Source: Catajapyx aquilonaris (lineage: Eukaryota). Taken from it: DNA of 43,486 bases. The notes beneath the pieces were generated by a model that had not been told where the DNA came from, did no database searches, and saw only the letters and a list, made by a program, of their open reading frames with translations. The stretch is from the NCBI GenBank assembly GCA_000934665.2, contig JYFJ02003349.1, positions 1-43,486 on the forward strand, written 5' to 3'. Shown one piece after another: positions 10,771-21,841 of this stretch; within the stretch, counting starts at the first letter, position 1, and the number at the start of each line of letters is the position of its first letter. Position numbers and translations under genes: made by a program.

Positions 10771-11950
10771 CTACACACGAGAAGGTGATGATTGTCATCC
10801 TATTGCGACATCTACGCATTTTTTAAAGGCGGCTTCCACCCTTCGAAAAAATCCAAGATAATTCTATATGATTGCCCAGTCCCTCTGATTAATTATGAAA
10901 ACATTAAGTGTCAGTTTAAAATTTTTTAAAGGTCTGGTTTAAAAGGAGGTAATGTGAGCCACCAGGTGCAAAAAAAAAGTGGCTCAGGTGGCAAGAGCAT
11001 CTAGAGCTCGGAGCAGTCCACCCGGCCAATTAGAAGCGAGGCCACTTTCACTGTCGCAATGGCGGCAGGGGAGTTAGCTTACCCTTCACAGATCGTTCTG
11101 ATTTTTTCCCCAGCAAAAAGTAAATTGCAGAATTTCGGGAATTTTTGTGTGGTTTACCCGGTTACCGCTGCACGTCCACTTACCGGGAAATATGCGGCAG
11201 GGAGCTACGTGTATTTAAATTCGTGCAGTAAGTGTTTGGTTAACTATGAATAAGACCGTGCCATTAAAAATATCACATGAGTGGCGTAAACACTCATGAA
11301 TATAACCTTAGGTAACTCTTCTAGTTTCTATGGTGAATGAAATTTCTGTTGGGGTTATACCAGTGAATTTTTAAAAGTTATTTTGGATTATAACGCAACC
11401 AAAATGGCTGTGGGAGACAAAGGGTGGCCTTGTGGGTTAATCCTACGTGAATAACATGGGATCAATCACTTGGTCAGGATTTACCACATTTATGCAACCA
11501 GCCCTCAGTGGCTACACATTACAGGCCACACATGGCAAAAATGTCCAGATAAAGAAAAAAAAATGTGGGCCAAGCTATACTCCATGATGTGCACTTAAGA
11601 ATGGCAGGGACCATTTGATTTTAAAATTTAGCATTGCTGAATGATTGTCAATGAGAGCTTCATTACTACACCTTATGGGGCTGTTCATTTCTTTTCATTA
11701 TAAATAGGTTATTTACAGGGAATTTGTGACATGCAAGCAGTTTCAAATGCCAAAGAAATTACTGTGATTTTTATGATGGCCGAATGATGTCGTCATCCCC
11801 CTCCAATGCCAGGAAGTGTATGTCCATGGCAATAAAAAATGAGCTCTACTGTTACATGGAAAATAAGGTTTTAAAAATATGTGAGCATGGTGCAGTTACA
11901 CGTTTCAAAATTTTCTTTGCCCTTTTCTGTTGAATTTTTGAAACTACACC

Positions 11951-12209
11951 CTGGAGCCTCATGTAAAAACCATGACTTGGCTATTTTGAGATATATTGCA
12001 GGGTTATTACCTGACTTGGTATTTCAAAAGTATGACTTACATGGTTTTTCCCATTGAATATTTTTGTAGGAAAACAAGTTAATGATACATGGTTTGTACC
12101 AGTAGTGGATAGAGCTTGAAATTGCTGGTCCAATGGTGGTAGGTGGTCTACAAGACTACAAATAAAATCCAGGTATCTTGAGTTACATGGTTTTTACATG
12201 AGGCTCCAG
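11951..12209. mobile_element. MITE-like element with 24-bp perfect inverted repeats
   Basis: CTGGAGCCTCATGTAAAAACCATG ... CATGGTTTTTACATGAGGCTCCAG; no clear TSD. Confidence 0.65.
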
Positions 12210-12261
12210 ACAGGAGCTAGTCTAATTCTGGTGTAATGAAATAACATAACAATTTACTAAC

Positions 12262-12740
12262 TCTGAATGATTCAACAGATATTGAATCTGAGATGGCTCT
12301 GTTGGGCATAATGAAAGCATCCATTTCCAGATCACCATTTTTGGCCTCCATCACCATGATCTTGTAAAAGTGTGTGGGTACAGCAACATTATTCTTCCCT
12401 AGGACTTGATAGGTGACATACTTCTTTCCATCAGCCTCCTCCCTTGGTAAGAATAGTGTCCCAGTGCACACATACACATTCTTGTACTCCTTCGTCAGGC
12501 CACGAACATACTTCTCCAGCTGATTCCATGAGTGCCGGTTGAAGCCCACCCCAACCTGAGGAGCTATGTTGGATAACAGGAAGGTCTGGTTACACTCCTT
12601 CTGAGAGGTGCGGTAATTTCCTGCAGCTGCCAAATGTCCACGATCGAAACCAGAACGGAAGTAGTCCTCATTTTCAGACCGGAAGTAGTGGTGCACATCT
12701 TCATCTGGCTGGAACTCACATACGGACCGGTCAACCAGAC
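12262..12740 (-). CDS. EndoG: Endonuclease G, mitochondrial; exon 2 (catalytic DRGH motif)
   Basis: Acceptor ttttcaaag, then (G)LVDRSVCEFQPDEDVHHYFRSENEDYFRSGFDRGHLAAAGNY...TFLLSNIAPQ...NVAVPTHFYK...ESFR, then donor gttagt. Confidence 0.97.
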
Positions 12741-12963
12741 CTTTGAAAACAAGAAGTTCAGGACAATGTTGAAGAGGTGCTTTGTTTTTTCAACAAGTCA
12801 TCACTACTTGCACATGAAATATTTTATGAATACACTAAGGGTGTGGTGCACCAAATTCCGTACAACAAATCTGGCCTTTCACTGCAAAAGATTGTATGCT
12901 CTAGATTTGTTTTATACCGAGTTCAATGCTTCCCACCCTAAAACTTCACATTAAAATAGTTAT

Positions 12964-13045
12964 GACAATGAAAATAATTTCTCAGGAGGAAGAGTTGCTC
13001 CAAGAGGAGCAACTCTTCCTCCTGAGAAATTATTTTTACATTGTC
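12964..13045. repeat. Hairpin with a 31-bp perfect stem and 4-nt loop
   Basis: 12971-13001 is the exact reverse complement of 13006-13036; loop AAGA. Confidence 0.9.
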
Positions 13046-14619
13046 TAGATTATTTGCACAAAATATTAGTAAAAATCATTGCCCATATGTAAAAGAGAGA
13101 TATCTCACTCGTCTGACTCCATCTGCATCTTCCCCACTCTGACTGCCACTTCTAGGCCCACCTGTGATACAGCAGCTAAACAGTTACAACTAAGTCCAGA
13201 AATAAAATTCTAGCATTTGGATTAGGTTTCATCTACCCATGAACCAAATTTGGTTGCCATCAGATGGTCAGGAGAGCCAGAAGATATTCCAAAAAGGACT
13301 ATGCCAGACCTCTTCAGGCCCAACTGTATAGAGCCATGTGCCCCTCTAATTGCCTGATGCAAAGAACTGGACATCTTGTTACTCTATGATCAATGGCTTC
13401 CAAGATGTGTTGTGTTTTGTGGAAGGTGGCAAGAGGTGGCATGACTCAAGGAGCCAGTTTCCAATGTCATCTTCCAATATTAAGAACAGCTTTCATCAGA
13501 AAATTGCAGCAGTTCACAGCAAACACTATCCTGGAACACATCCATTCTCATTGTCACTCCAAGCGACTAAGGTAGTTGTTAAAAAACTCAATTCTTGTAT
13601 GAGAATCTTGCTTTCATTTTATGAGTAACTGATCTCATTAATTCAGTAGCATGTCATTTTAAATTACAGTAAGCTACATCACATATTTTGGTCATAAAAT
13701 ACTCAGGTTGACTCTAGAAACATATTTCTTAGATGCAAAATGAACTACAGTACTTCAGATGCAATGATGTGACATGAAATTTTCACAATAATTTTAGTAT
13801 TTTATCAACTTTTTTTTGTTTTGTTTTGTTTTTTGAGTGGTTAACAGTAACTTTTTTTTAAATAGCTGGATGCAACCTAACGGGTTTCAATGCCAGGCTT
13901 CCAAACCCTAAGCTTCATTACAAACCCAGGCCAGGTACGGTATTGAATGAAAGTCTTGTGCCAACATTGTGTTTTGAAACTCAAGATGTGTCTACATTGC
14001 TGACAAAATGCAACCAAGTGCTTCTCTACGTGCCCAACAACAGTTCATCCTATTGGCACATGCACTAGCTGCCATGAAACAATTTACAATCATGCTTATG
14101 TTGGCTATCATTTTTATCTCAGGTTTGGGCTGAACTGTGAAAAATTCAGGGGGGTTTCAAAACTCGAGATTCCTCCCAAGACTTTGCCAAAATTTTGTTT
14201 GATGCAACACTTTCAAGGGTTTTGAAGGCTGAAGCATGTGAATTTATGTAAAACCTGTGTGTTGTTGCAATCGCCCCTTTTAAAAATATCTTCCTAGGAA
14301 CATGCAGAAAAATTTTTATGCAGTGATTCTGTTGCTGCAATGTGAACCTAGAAAATAGTCCTCTTAACATCTCATAAATTGCAGCACTTCTTATGACGAA
14401 AATATAAAAAAGAAGGAAGTTGGTCAATTTATGCTAGCATTGGCTCAATATGTTACAGGCTGCAAAATAAGCACTCACATGCAAAATAACACACCCTTTT
14501 ATGTTAAGAAGGCATGATTCATGCTCCTCCAAAAGAAAAATATTACTCTCCAACCTCTAGTAATGGTTACAGCAATGTAAAATTTGATAATCACACCAAC
14601 TGGAATAGATCAGCATTAC

Positions 14620-14998
14620 CCTTATCTTTGACCAGTTCCCTAGTAAGATGCTCAAAGACCCAGAAGGCAACCCGATTCTTCCGGTCGTAGGAGACAACGT
14701 AGCCATCCCTTGCCAGGATGTTGTCCACATGGGGAAATCCAAATCGGAGGATCTGTGCTGTCCTGCTAGCACTCTTGGGAGGTTCTGGGGGCACCGACAG
14801 ATCAGTAATCTTCCCAGCCGCTGAGACCATGGTCCACGTACGCATGGATGAAGCAGTACCTGACAGGACCCCACCATCCCTGCCACCAGGTTGAGAGTAA
14901 ACGTGCATCGACTCACTCCACCACCTGCTAGAAGCCAGTCCACCCAACCAGGCGCAAAACCCTACCCCCACGTACTTCCCAAGCAAAGGAACTTTCAT
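14620..14998 (-). CDS. EndoG: Endonuclease G, mitochondrial; exon 1
   Basis: ATG at 14998; ...SRTAQILRFGFPHVDNILARDGYVVSYDRKNRVAFWVFEHLT...; phase-1 donor g|gtaatg fits exon 2. The spliced CDS is 966 nt (321 aa). The exact start codon is less certain. Confidence 0.93.
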
Positions 14999-15291
14999 GT
15001 TCAGCACACGTACTAAACAGTACCTACACAGCAGCTATGCAGCTCAATTCACCATCGTCTTTGCACGATCCACTGCACTCAATAATAGTGTCCTCTTGCT
15101 TCGCATTGAATACAGCGGATATGTTGTAGTACATGCAGCATCGAAGTACGCACATGTACAGTAGCAAACCGGTTAGCCGTCCCTTTCAAATTCTTCATCC
15201 AGACATGCAGCATCTAAGCATGGCCATGCCAAAGTTTTCGGATATGCATTATGCTGTTACCTCTAGTCGGCCTCTAGTACACTGTACTTGA

Positions 15292-15300
15292 CGCCATCTT
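15292..15300 (+). promoter_or_regulatory. YY1/Pho-type motif in the probable EndoG promoter
   Basis: CGCCATCTT about 300 bp upstream of the EndoG ATG, in locally CpG-richer DNA. Confidence 0.3.
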
Positions 15301-15805
15301 TGTTCTAGTTGAAGGTTCTAGTTGGCCCGCACATTTCAAACGTTTCAAACCAAGTGGGGGCGAAAATATTTAAAAAGGGGACATATGCTCTCTGATGGCC
15401 TGCTGAAAGGACCTTATCCTTGTCTGAGGTGGACTGAACTAATGGTGGAAAATATTCGAAGAAAATAGAAAAATAAATACGCGAATTTTCGAAAGCAAAT
15501 TGGAATTTCTAGGACGGCCCACGCAACTAATTCCCCACAGATATTGGCTTATGTAGGTCCACTGTCACTTTTTAAGATTTATAGAGGGTGGATCTCTGCC
15601 CAAGTTGGCACTTTTATAATCAGGTGAGGATGGAGACGAGGAGGATTTGATGGATTAGTTACCCTGGTGATGTAAATAAAGTTGGCATGCAAAGGCATGT
15701 AACCCAGACCCCCCCAGACCTAATGCCGAGTCTGGGCTGGAGTTTGAATGCAGCCTAGGAGTGACTAATCTATCCACTCTTCCCCGTCCCCCCTCTAGGG
15801 GCCTT

Positions 15806-16012
15806 CATCCCGTATCCCGTATCGACGTGCGAGTTCCTCGTATGCGAGTCCTCTTATGCGAGAAAACTTGTACATCGAGACGGAACGGAGGGCCCCTCTT
15901 GTCCCTCGAAAAGGGGATTAAAGTTGAAAATTTTCAACTTTTCCTCTTTCCTCGTATCCGGGCATGCGCAGTTGGCTCCTCGTATGCGAGAATCTCGTCC
16001 GTGGATACCGGC
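15806..16012. repeat. Small CpG-rich element with repeated CCTCGTATGCGAG motif, possible MITE
   Basis: Motif recurs 3-4 times; imperfect inverted ends CCGTATCGACG../..CGTGGATACCGG. Confidence 0.5.
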
Positions 16013-16473
16013 AGACAAACCGAGACAAACACAATAAGGTATGGGATACTGGTACTTATTAATACAAAGAATGTCACCAGGAGAACAATGTACTTTTTCT
16101 ACACGTACCTATTAGCTAAATTTACTGCATTACTTTATGGTTGGTAAGTTTTAATTTTAACATTACTGTATAAGAGGGTAAAAAATTATTTTAATATTAA
16201 TAGTACAGGTATAGCGGTGTATGTATGTTTTGTAGATTTGTATATTATTTTTTAAAGACCTGTGCAACCCCAGGTCCCTATTCAGGCCACTTCATTTGGA
16301 TGGTCATAAATGAACCTTGTTCCAATTATTGGTAGGGTTTCTCATGATTATCTCCAAACACTTACGGATTGACTCATTGACCTCAGACTGTAATCTGCTG
16401 TAATACAAACTGTGATTTATCAACATAAATACACGTAATTCACAAGTTTATTCTCGCTGATTTTGACAATATG

Positions 16474-17655
16474 AGGCTATGTGACGGATGGATGGCCAGG
16501 GAAGAAGCAGCTAGAGCCATCGTGTCAGGTGTTTTGGCAAGTCAGAAATGAACTGGGCATCCAGGAAGACTTACTCGTCAGAGGATGCCGTATCCTGATT
16601 CCGAAAGTACCGGTACTTCGTCAAGACATCCTGTCTCGCCTGCATCAAGGACACATGTTTCAAAAACTCGTAGAAGAGCCCTAGAGTCCGTTTGGTGGCC
16701 AGGATTATCAACTGGAATTGAAGAAATGGTAACGAGAGGTCCCATATGTGCTGAATTCAGGACGAACAGGATGGAGCCACTGATGCCTCGTGCATTTCCT
16801 ACTCGACCGTGGGAGAGAGTGTCACTGGACCTATTTCAATTAAAAGGGACATATTACCTGCTCATCACCGACAACTATTCCCGATATTCGGAAGTTTTCG
16901 GACTGAAGACGACGCGACGCGACGTCCACTGCAGAGATCATTGCTCATTGCCGTGAAACGTTTGGACGATTGTGGCACCCAATTTCGCCAGAGACTTGGA
17001 GCGGAATTTGAAAAATTCATGAGGGAGTTGGGTATCCAGCACACCAGGTCTAGCCCAAAATTTTCCCAGAGTAACGGATTCATCGAAGCTAGTGTAAAAG
17101 CTGTGAAAGCTATGATTAAGAAGACCTGGACCTGTTCACAGTTCTGCTGGCATATAGAACGACTCCAGGGAAAACAGATTTTTCCAGCAGAGTTGAGCAT
17201 GGGACAGAAGATCAGATGTACTCTCCATTCCTTGTCCTCAACTCTTCTCCCCACTACTAGAGATGAAGCGAGTTTGCGCAAGAAAGAAGAGAAATTCCGC
17301 GAGAAGCAGAATATGGACTACGATCGCTGTCATGGAGTTCGCACTTTAAGGCATTTACGTCCAGGAGACCAGGTATGGATTGTTGATCTTCGCCGTGCAG
17401 GGGTTGTGTCTATAGACCTGCTGGGACACCCAGATCCTACTGTATAGACACTGCCTTGGGACCAGTACGGTGGAACCAACACCACCTGATTCCTTCTCCA
17501 AACCTTCAGGTGAGTAACCAGATTCCAGAGGAGGTGAGTGACCACAGACTCGGGACCAGCAGACTCCAGAAGAGGTGAGACCTACATCGGACTCCTACAC
17601 CTATCGGACTCGTTCTGGACGACTTGTGAGGCCTCCTGTCAGGATGGACTTCTGA
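16474..17655 (+). pseudogene. Ty3/gypsy pol fragment (integrase), frameshifted
   Basis: RILIP..LRQDILSRLHQGH / ESVWWPGLS..IEEMV..C (zinc-binding region), PWERVSLDLFQ..YLLITDNYSRY, SSPKFSQSNGFIEASVK, ending TYRTRSGRLVRPPVRMDF*; several frameshifts. Confidence 0.92.
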
Positions 17656-17660
17656 CCTCC

Positions 17661-17782
17661 AGAGAAGGGGGGATTTTGTATAGTTACTAAGTATCCATAG
17701 TAGTGTATTGACATTGTTGATTAAACTTGTTAGATGACATTCCAAAGCCTAGTCGAGTCTTTCCTCCTAACCTAACACAACA
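17661..17782 (+). mobile_element. Polypurine tract and short 3' LTR of the gypsy element
   Basis: PPT AGAGAAGGGGGGA (17661-17673), then about 109 bp TTTTGT...ACAACA (first TG apparently mutated) containing ATTAAA. Confidence 0.65.
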
Positions 17783-17820
17783 CTGGGAAATTATCTCATG
17801 CAAGATGGGTCACCACCAAA

Positions 17821-18331
17821 CTGACAACCAAACTAACTCTTTTTACCCTCCTAAATTTTGAAATTATTTGGATTTTCTAATTCTGCTTGACCTATAGTGT
17901 TGTGCAAACATCACCTCTGCTGCTAATTTTCACGTTAGCAGGGTCAAAATACAAGCCAAAAGGTGATATTCCGAAGCCACAACGCCTTCATCCGGTCGCG
18001 GGTGGCCGAGACTGATATCAGTGATACGTAAATGATCGATTAAACTTGATTCATAAATTGCTACATAAAATAATTGATTTCGAAGAGTGTGAGGTGATAT
18101 TCTACTTGTTCGTGCCACCCTAGAGCGCGCTACAGTCGCGGTGACCAGGGACATGCGACCCACGACCGGCTGCTAGTGTTGTGGCTTCGGAATATCGCCT
18201 TTTGCCTTGTATTTTGACGTGAAAATTAGCAGCAGAGGTGATGTTTGCACAACACTATTGGCCAAGCAGAATGAGAAAATGCAAAAATTTTCAAAATTTA
18301 GGAGGGTAAAAAGAGTTAGTTTGGTTGTGAG
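17821..18331. mobile_element. Compound palindrome: hAT-like MITE (17895-18257) inside an outer hairpin element
   Basis: Inner TAGTGTTGTGCAAACATCACC...GGTGATGTTTGCACAACACTA with 8-bp flanks TTGACCTA/TTGGCCAA; outer arms ACAACCAAACTAACTCTTTTTACCCTCCTAAATTTTGAAA and reverse complement. Confidence 0.75.
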
Positions 18332-18660
18332 TGCTTCTAATTTACATCAGCGCTACAGACTCATTTGCAAACTTGAAGGAACTGGCTACTTTCATCATAA
18401 AGTGTATGTCCCAATGTGGTTTTCCATTAAAAATGCAATCCAACCATCAAGGATGCTCCCATCCTTCTCATGGCACCTATAAGTGATGAACTAAAGCTCT
18501 TTGTGGATCAATGCAATTATTCTGCACAATGGTTTCTTCACACATTCACAGAATTTACTTGTAGCCATGCTTACTGATGAATGATAACTCATTCAAGAGC
18601 TAGCTTTGTGTAAAATCTTTTCTGCGAGATCAAGGAGGTCAAAATAAGCATTCCAGTACT

Positions 18661-18950
18661 GAAGCAGCTTGGTGTAGTGGATATGGAGTCCGCCTGCTAA
18701 TCGGGAGGTCCAGGGTTCGAATCCCGGGGCCGGCGACCCTGACCGTGGTTTTCTGTGGTTTCCCACGGTCCTTCCAGGATAATTCTGGGGTCGTTTCCGT
18801 AACAACAGGCCACAGCCGCTTCCTTCCGTCCCTATCCTATCCCAAAAAGCAAAGTGAAAGCAAAGAGTTCCAGTCAAAACAAAAATTTCCCCCCTAAAGA
18901 GCCGCTGGCTGATAACGGGGTATGAATTATTATTTTTATTTTTATTATTT
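18661..18950 (+). mobile_element. tRNA-derived SINE, family B, full length
   Basis: A box TGGTGTAGTGG, B box GTTCGAATC; body GTGGTTTTCTGTGGTTTCCC..AGGCCACAGCCGCTTCCTTCC recalled as typical of insect SINEs; ATT-rich tail; second copy at 24219-24513. Confidence 0.9.
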
Positions 18951-19564
18951 AATAAACATTCAGTATGCAAGTTCAACATGCCAGTAATAAACTTCACTGC
19001 CCAAGATTACATTTACCTGATCAACTGACAAAAATGAGAAGTTACAGAGTAACCTCTGACTCTTCATCAATCACAGAAAGATTCAGTGTATAAACTATAA
19101 AGGAATCTTAGCCTGTTCTTCCACTCCTTTCCCACTTCCCATGTCACATCCAGTCAGTGAAACGGTGTGTTAGAAGCAGATACTGACAGTGAGCTTTCTT
19201 CAGAGGTAAGTGGCATTTTCCCATGAGATGGATTTATCAGAGCAAGAAATTTGGACAGGTCAATTTGCGCACTTTCAAATCTAAATCAGAATACAAACAT
19301 ACTCAATTTAAGGAGATATACGTAATGCCCAAAGGTAGGGTGGTTGGGATGAGCACGGGTGGAACTCAATATGAACCCATCTCCTTGTGGTGAGTTTCGT
19401 ATTTCAGTCATGTTGATAGGTAATAAAATAAAAATTTCTTACGAGGATGAAAAAAAGTTACGCATTTCAACAATCCATACTGAGACTTTCTTCATCACAT
19501 GCCACCTTTTTTCCCTATTAGATCAAATGACATCCAATTAATGTTGTCCAATCACCATCGACTA

Positions 19565-19693
19565 GGGTGCTTCCTCCATGAATGGGGGGGGACGATGTTA
19601 TTTGGACATTTTATGATTAGATTAGACGAATTAGATAAAATATTTATCTTAATATGACCAAATAATCTGCCCCCATTCATGGAGGAAGCATCC
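19565..19693. mobile_element. Short MITE
   Basis: GGGTGCTTCCTCCATGAATGGGG...CCCCATTCATGGAGGAAGCATCC, flanked by CTA/TAG. Confidence 0.75.
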
Positions 19694-19740
19694 TAGCACA
19701 TCCTAGTTGATGGTTTCATCCAACTCCTCCCCCTCCCACC

Positions 19741-20258
19741 TCATCCTGTCATTGCCTGTCCCCCACCACCTCCTCCTTTCCTCCCCCCACCACCTCCTCC
19801 TTTCCTCCCCCCACCACCTCCTCCTTTCTTCCCCCCACCACCTCCTCCTTTCTTCCCCTTCCCATCCTCCGGGGCAGGACAAAACTGGGTATAGTCAATA
19901 TGGAGGAACTTGAGCTCTTGGTCCCTGTTTTGCATCTCCTTCCCTTCCATCAGGTGCTGTTCGCACAGGGTCTGCAGTTCCCCCCAATCGAGCACCCAGC
20001 TCAGTTCATTCCACCGGGGGCTGGACAAGATTGTCGCGAGGTCGTCACACAAATGCTGAGTTATTCCTAGTTCCTCTGCCTTGAGCACTAGGTTAGGTGG
20101 TGACATGACATCATAGTTCAGGCTCTCAGTCATATGGATCCCTTCAAATAATATCAATGCGTCCAGATTCCGCTTTTTTTTCTGTTGATTGCCACTTGTG
20201 GATTCCACATTCCCAGCACCTTCTTGCGAGTCAGGCTGCTTTCTCTTAGTGCTGAGGG
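19741..20258 (-). CDS. RLF/ZNF292/ZNF654 N-terminal-domain-like protein; last identified exon
   Basis: Acceptor tctttag; phase fits the previous exon; ..LCDDLATILSSPRWNELSWVLDWGELQTLCEQHL..ELKFLHIDY.., then Gly/Lys repeat and TGA. The 3' end is uncertain. Confidence 0.75.
19760..19857 (-). repeat. 24-bp tandem repeat x4, encoding (K/R)KGGGGGG in frame
   Basis: Unit A(A/G)GAAAGGAGGAGGTGGTGGGGGG on the - strand. Confidence 0.9.
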
Positions 20259-20322
20259 CTAAAGAATGCAATATGACTTAGCCAAGGCTGAAACAATGTT
20301 GTTTTCAAATGTGTTCACAAGA

Positions 20323-20387
20323 GTATGGCCATTCGGATATGATACAAAGCAATGTATTTACTTTGTATCATACCTGAATGGCCATAC
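20323..20387. repeat. Short hairpin (about 27-bp stem)
   Basis: GTATGGCCATTCGGATATGATACAAAG / CTTTGTATCATACCTGAATGGCCATAC. Confidence 0.8.
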
Positions 20388-20641
20388 CTTCAAGCTCACC
20401 CTGAATCAGAGTGGGCACACAACATTATACAAACACCAATATTAACTTTTTTGTCTATATGATAGCTCTTAATTTATTTCTTAGAATGGTTCTACACACA
20501 ACTAGGTGCTTGTTACATGCCTCTACAATTCTACATGATTATAACAACCACACATGCCAGGAGGCAATGTTCCAAAAGCACAATGTGCACCTACTATGGC
20601 AATTTCACTACTGTTAAAAGAAACATTATTATAACAGTATT

Positions 20642-20835
20642 TTTTTATATAATTTTTTTATTGTACCCCATTCTCGGGCCTTGGGCCCTTTTTAGGGGAG
20701 TGGAATACCACCATTTTTTGGAACCGTATAATATGATATTATTTAATTATTCCAAGGGTAAGTAGGAGGGGATGTGCAAAGTGCAAGTGCAATGTCGCAT
20801 ATTGGTCATTTTGTGAACTCCCCCGGATGGATTAT
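20642..20835 (-). mobile_element. 5'-truncated SINE family A with 17-bp TSD
   Basis: TSD ATTATTATAACAGTATT at 20625-20641 and 20836-20852; body matches about 9780-9935. Confidence 0.85.
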
Positions 20836-20926
20836 ATTATTATAACAGTATTCAAAATGCCTCTTTAGAAAATGACAGTGGCCATTTGAGGAAGCTTCAC
20901 CAGAAAATTCTCCAAAACAAGCTCAC

Positions 20927-21470
20927 CAGCTGTTGCATTTGGTGAAGATGGAGATGGAATGGTGGTACCGTCTTCTGTGGTTGAGTCACAGATCACTTCC
21001 TCCATTCCATTACAACCAAGGCTTCGTAGCTGCCCTGTGCCACAAACTGGAGGTCCCCTGTCCACAATGCAGCTGTGGGTTGTGCTGTTTACCACATTGA
21101 CCTGCACCACCTTTTCCTCCTTCCTGCCAGTGCTGGTGGCTGCATCTGATACAGTAACTGCTGCCACCATTGTGGCCAGTTTCCCACCGTTCTGTGTCTG
21201 CCCTTGTGCAAGATCTCGCAACTTCTCCAGCCGCTCTCGCGTGGGGTGGAGCGAGAAGGCAGTGAGAACGCACTCTCTACACACCCCAAAATTGTCATGG
21301 AGAAGTTCACCCAGCCGCATGAACCCTTCTGCCAGATGGGCCTCCTCCTTCTGCACAACCTCTCCGTTGTACTTCTTCATCTGCTTCTGCTGCTCCAAGC
21401 TATTGATGTCCCAAGTCAGGCCATGAATGTAAATCTCAATACATAGGGGCTTCACATGCTTCTCTGCAAA
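20927..21470 (-). CDS. RLF/ZNF292/ZNF654 N-terminal-domain-like protein; internal exon
   Basis: tttcag|FAEKHVKPLCIEIYIHGLTWD...LLHDNFGVCRECVLTAFSLHPTRERLEKL...g|gtgagc; resembles the recalled ZNF654 segment CVEICGCALQLD..LPNDLEILRICALSIFFLERS. Confidence 0.85.
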
Positions 21471-21591
21471 CTGAAAGGCAACGAAATTTATGAATGTCCC
21501 CAAGCACAGCACTCTGCGCTATAGAATTGCCACAAAATATTCCACATAACTATTGTAACATAGAGTACTTTGGCAAAGGCCATGCCCAAAT

Positions 21592-21841
21592 GAAGACCTT
21601 GAGGGAAGAATGCTCAAGGTCCACTTTTTGTCAAAAATGAGTTACATATCTCAGAAGATAGTTTCACTAGTGTAGAATATGATGGTTTGGTCATAGTTGT
21701 GGAGTAAGGATCATAAGTCACTATATGGAAAGCCGCAAAAGTGGAATATACAATAGAACCTTATGGGCCTTGGAAATTTAAAATAGGATTATCTCAGTTT
21801 CACCTGAGGTGGACCTTGATCTTTGTTCCCCCTAGGCCTTC
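21592..21841. mobile_element. Degenerate MITE
   Basis: GAAGACCTTGAGGGAAGAATGCTCAAGGTCCAC / GTGGACCTTGATCTTTGTTCCCCCTAGGCCTTC. Confidence 0.55.

Noticed and set aside
12217..12261. EndoG C-terminus VSKLLCYFITPELD from the ORF track
   Set aside because: This is intron read-through; the conserved C-terminus is encoded at 3717-3824.
18148..18178. Helitron 3' end (..GCTGCTAG|T)
   Set aside because: The sequence is part of the inverted arm pairing with about 17977-18007.
18661..18735. tRNA gene (also at about 24440-24510 and 10010-10080)
   Set aside because: A and B boxes are present, but they continue into SINE bodies with tails and TSDs, and no complete cloverleaf was seen.
20959..21426. 155-aa + strand ORF and other antisense or repeat-derived ORFs in the track
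   Set aside because: These are shadows of real exons or of SINE/MITE sequence, with no recognisable protein features.
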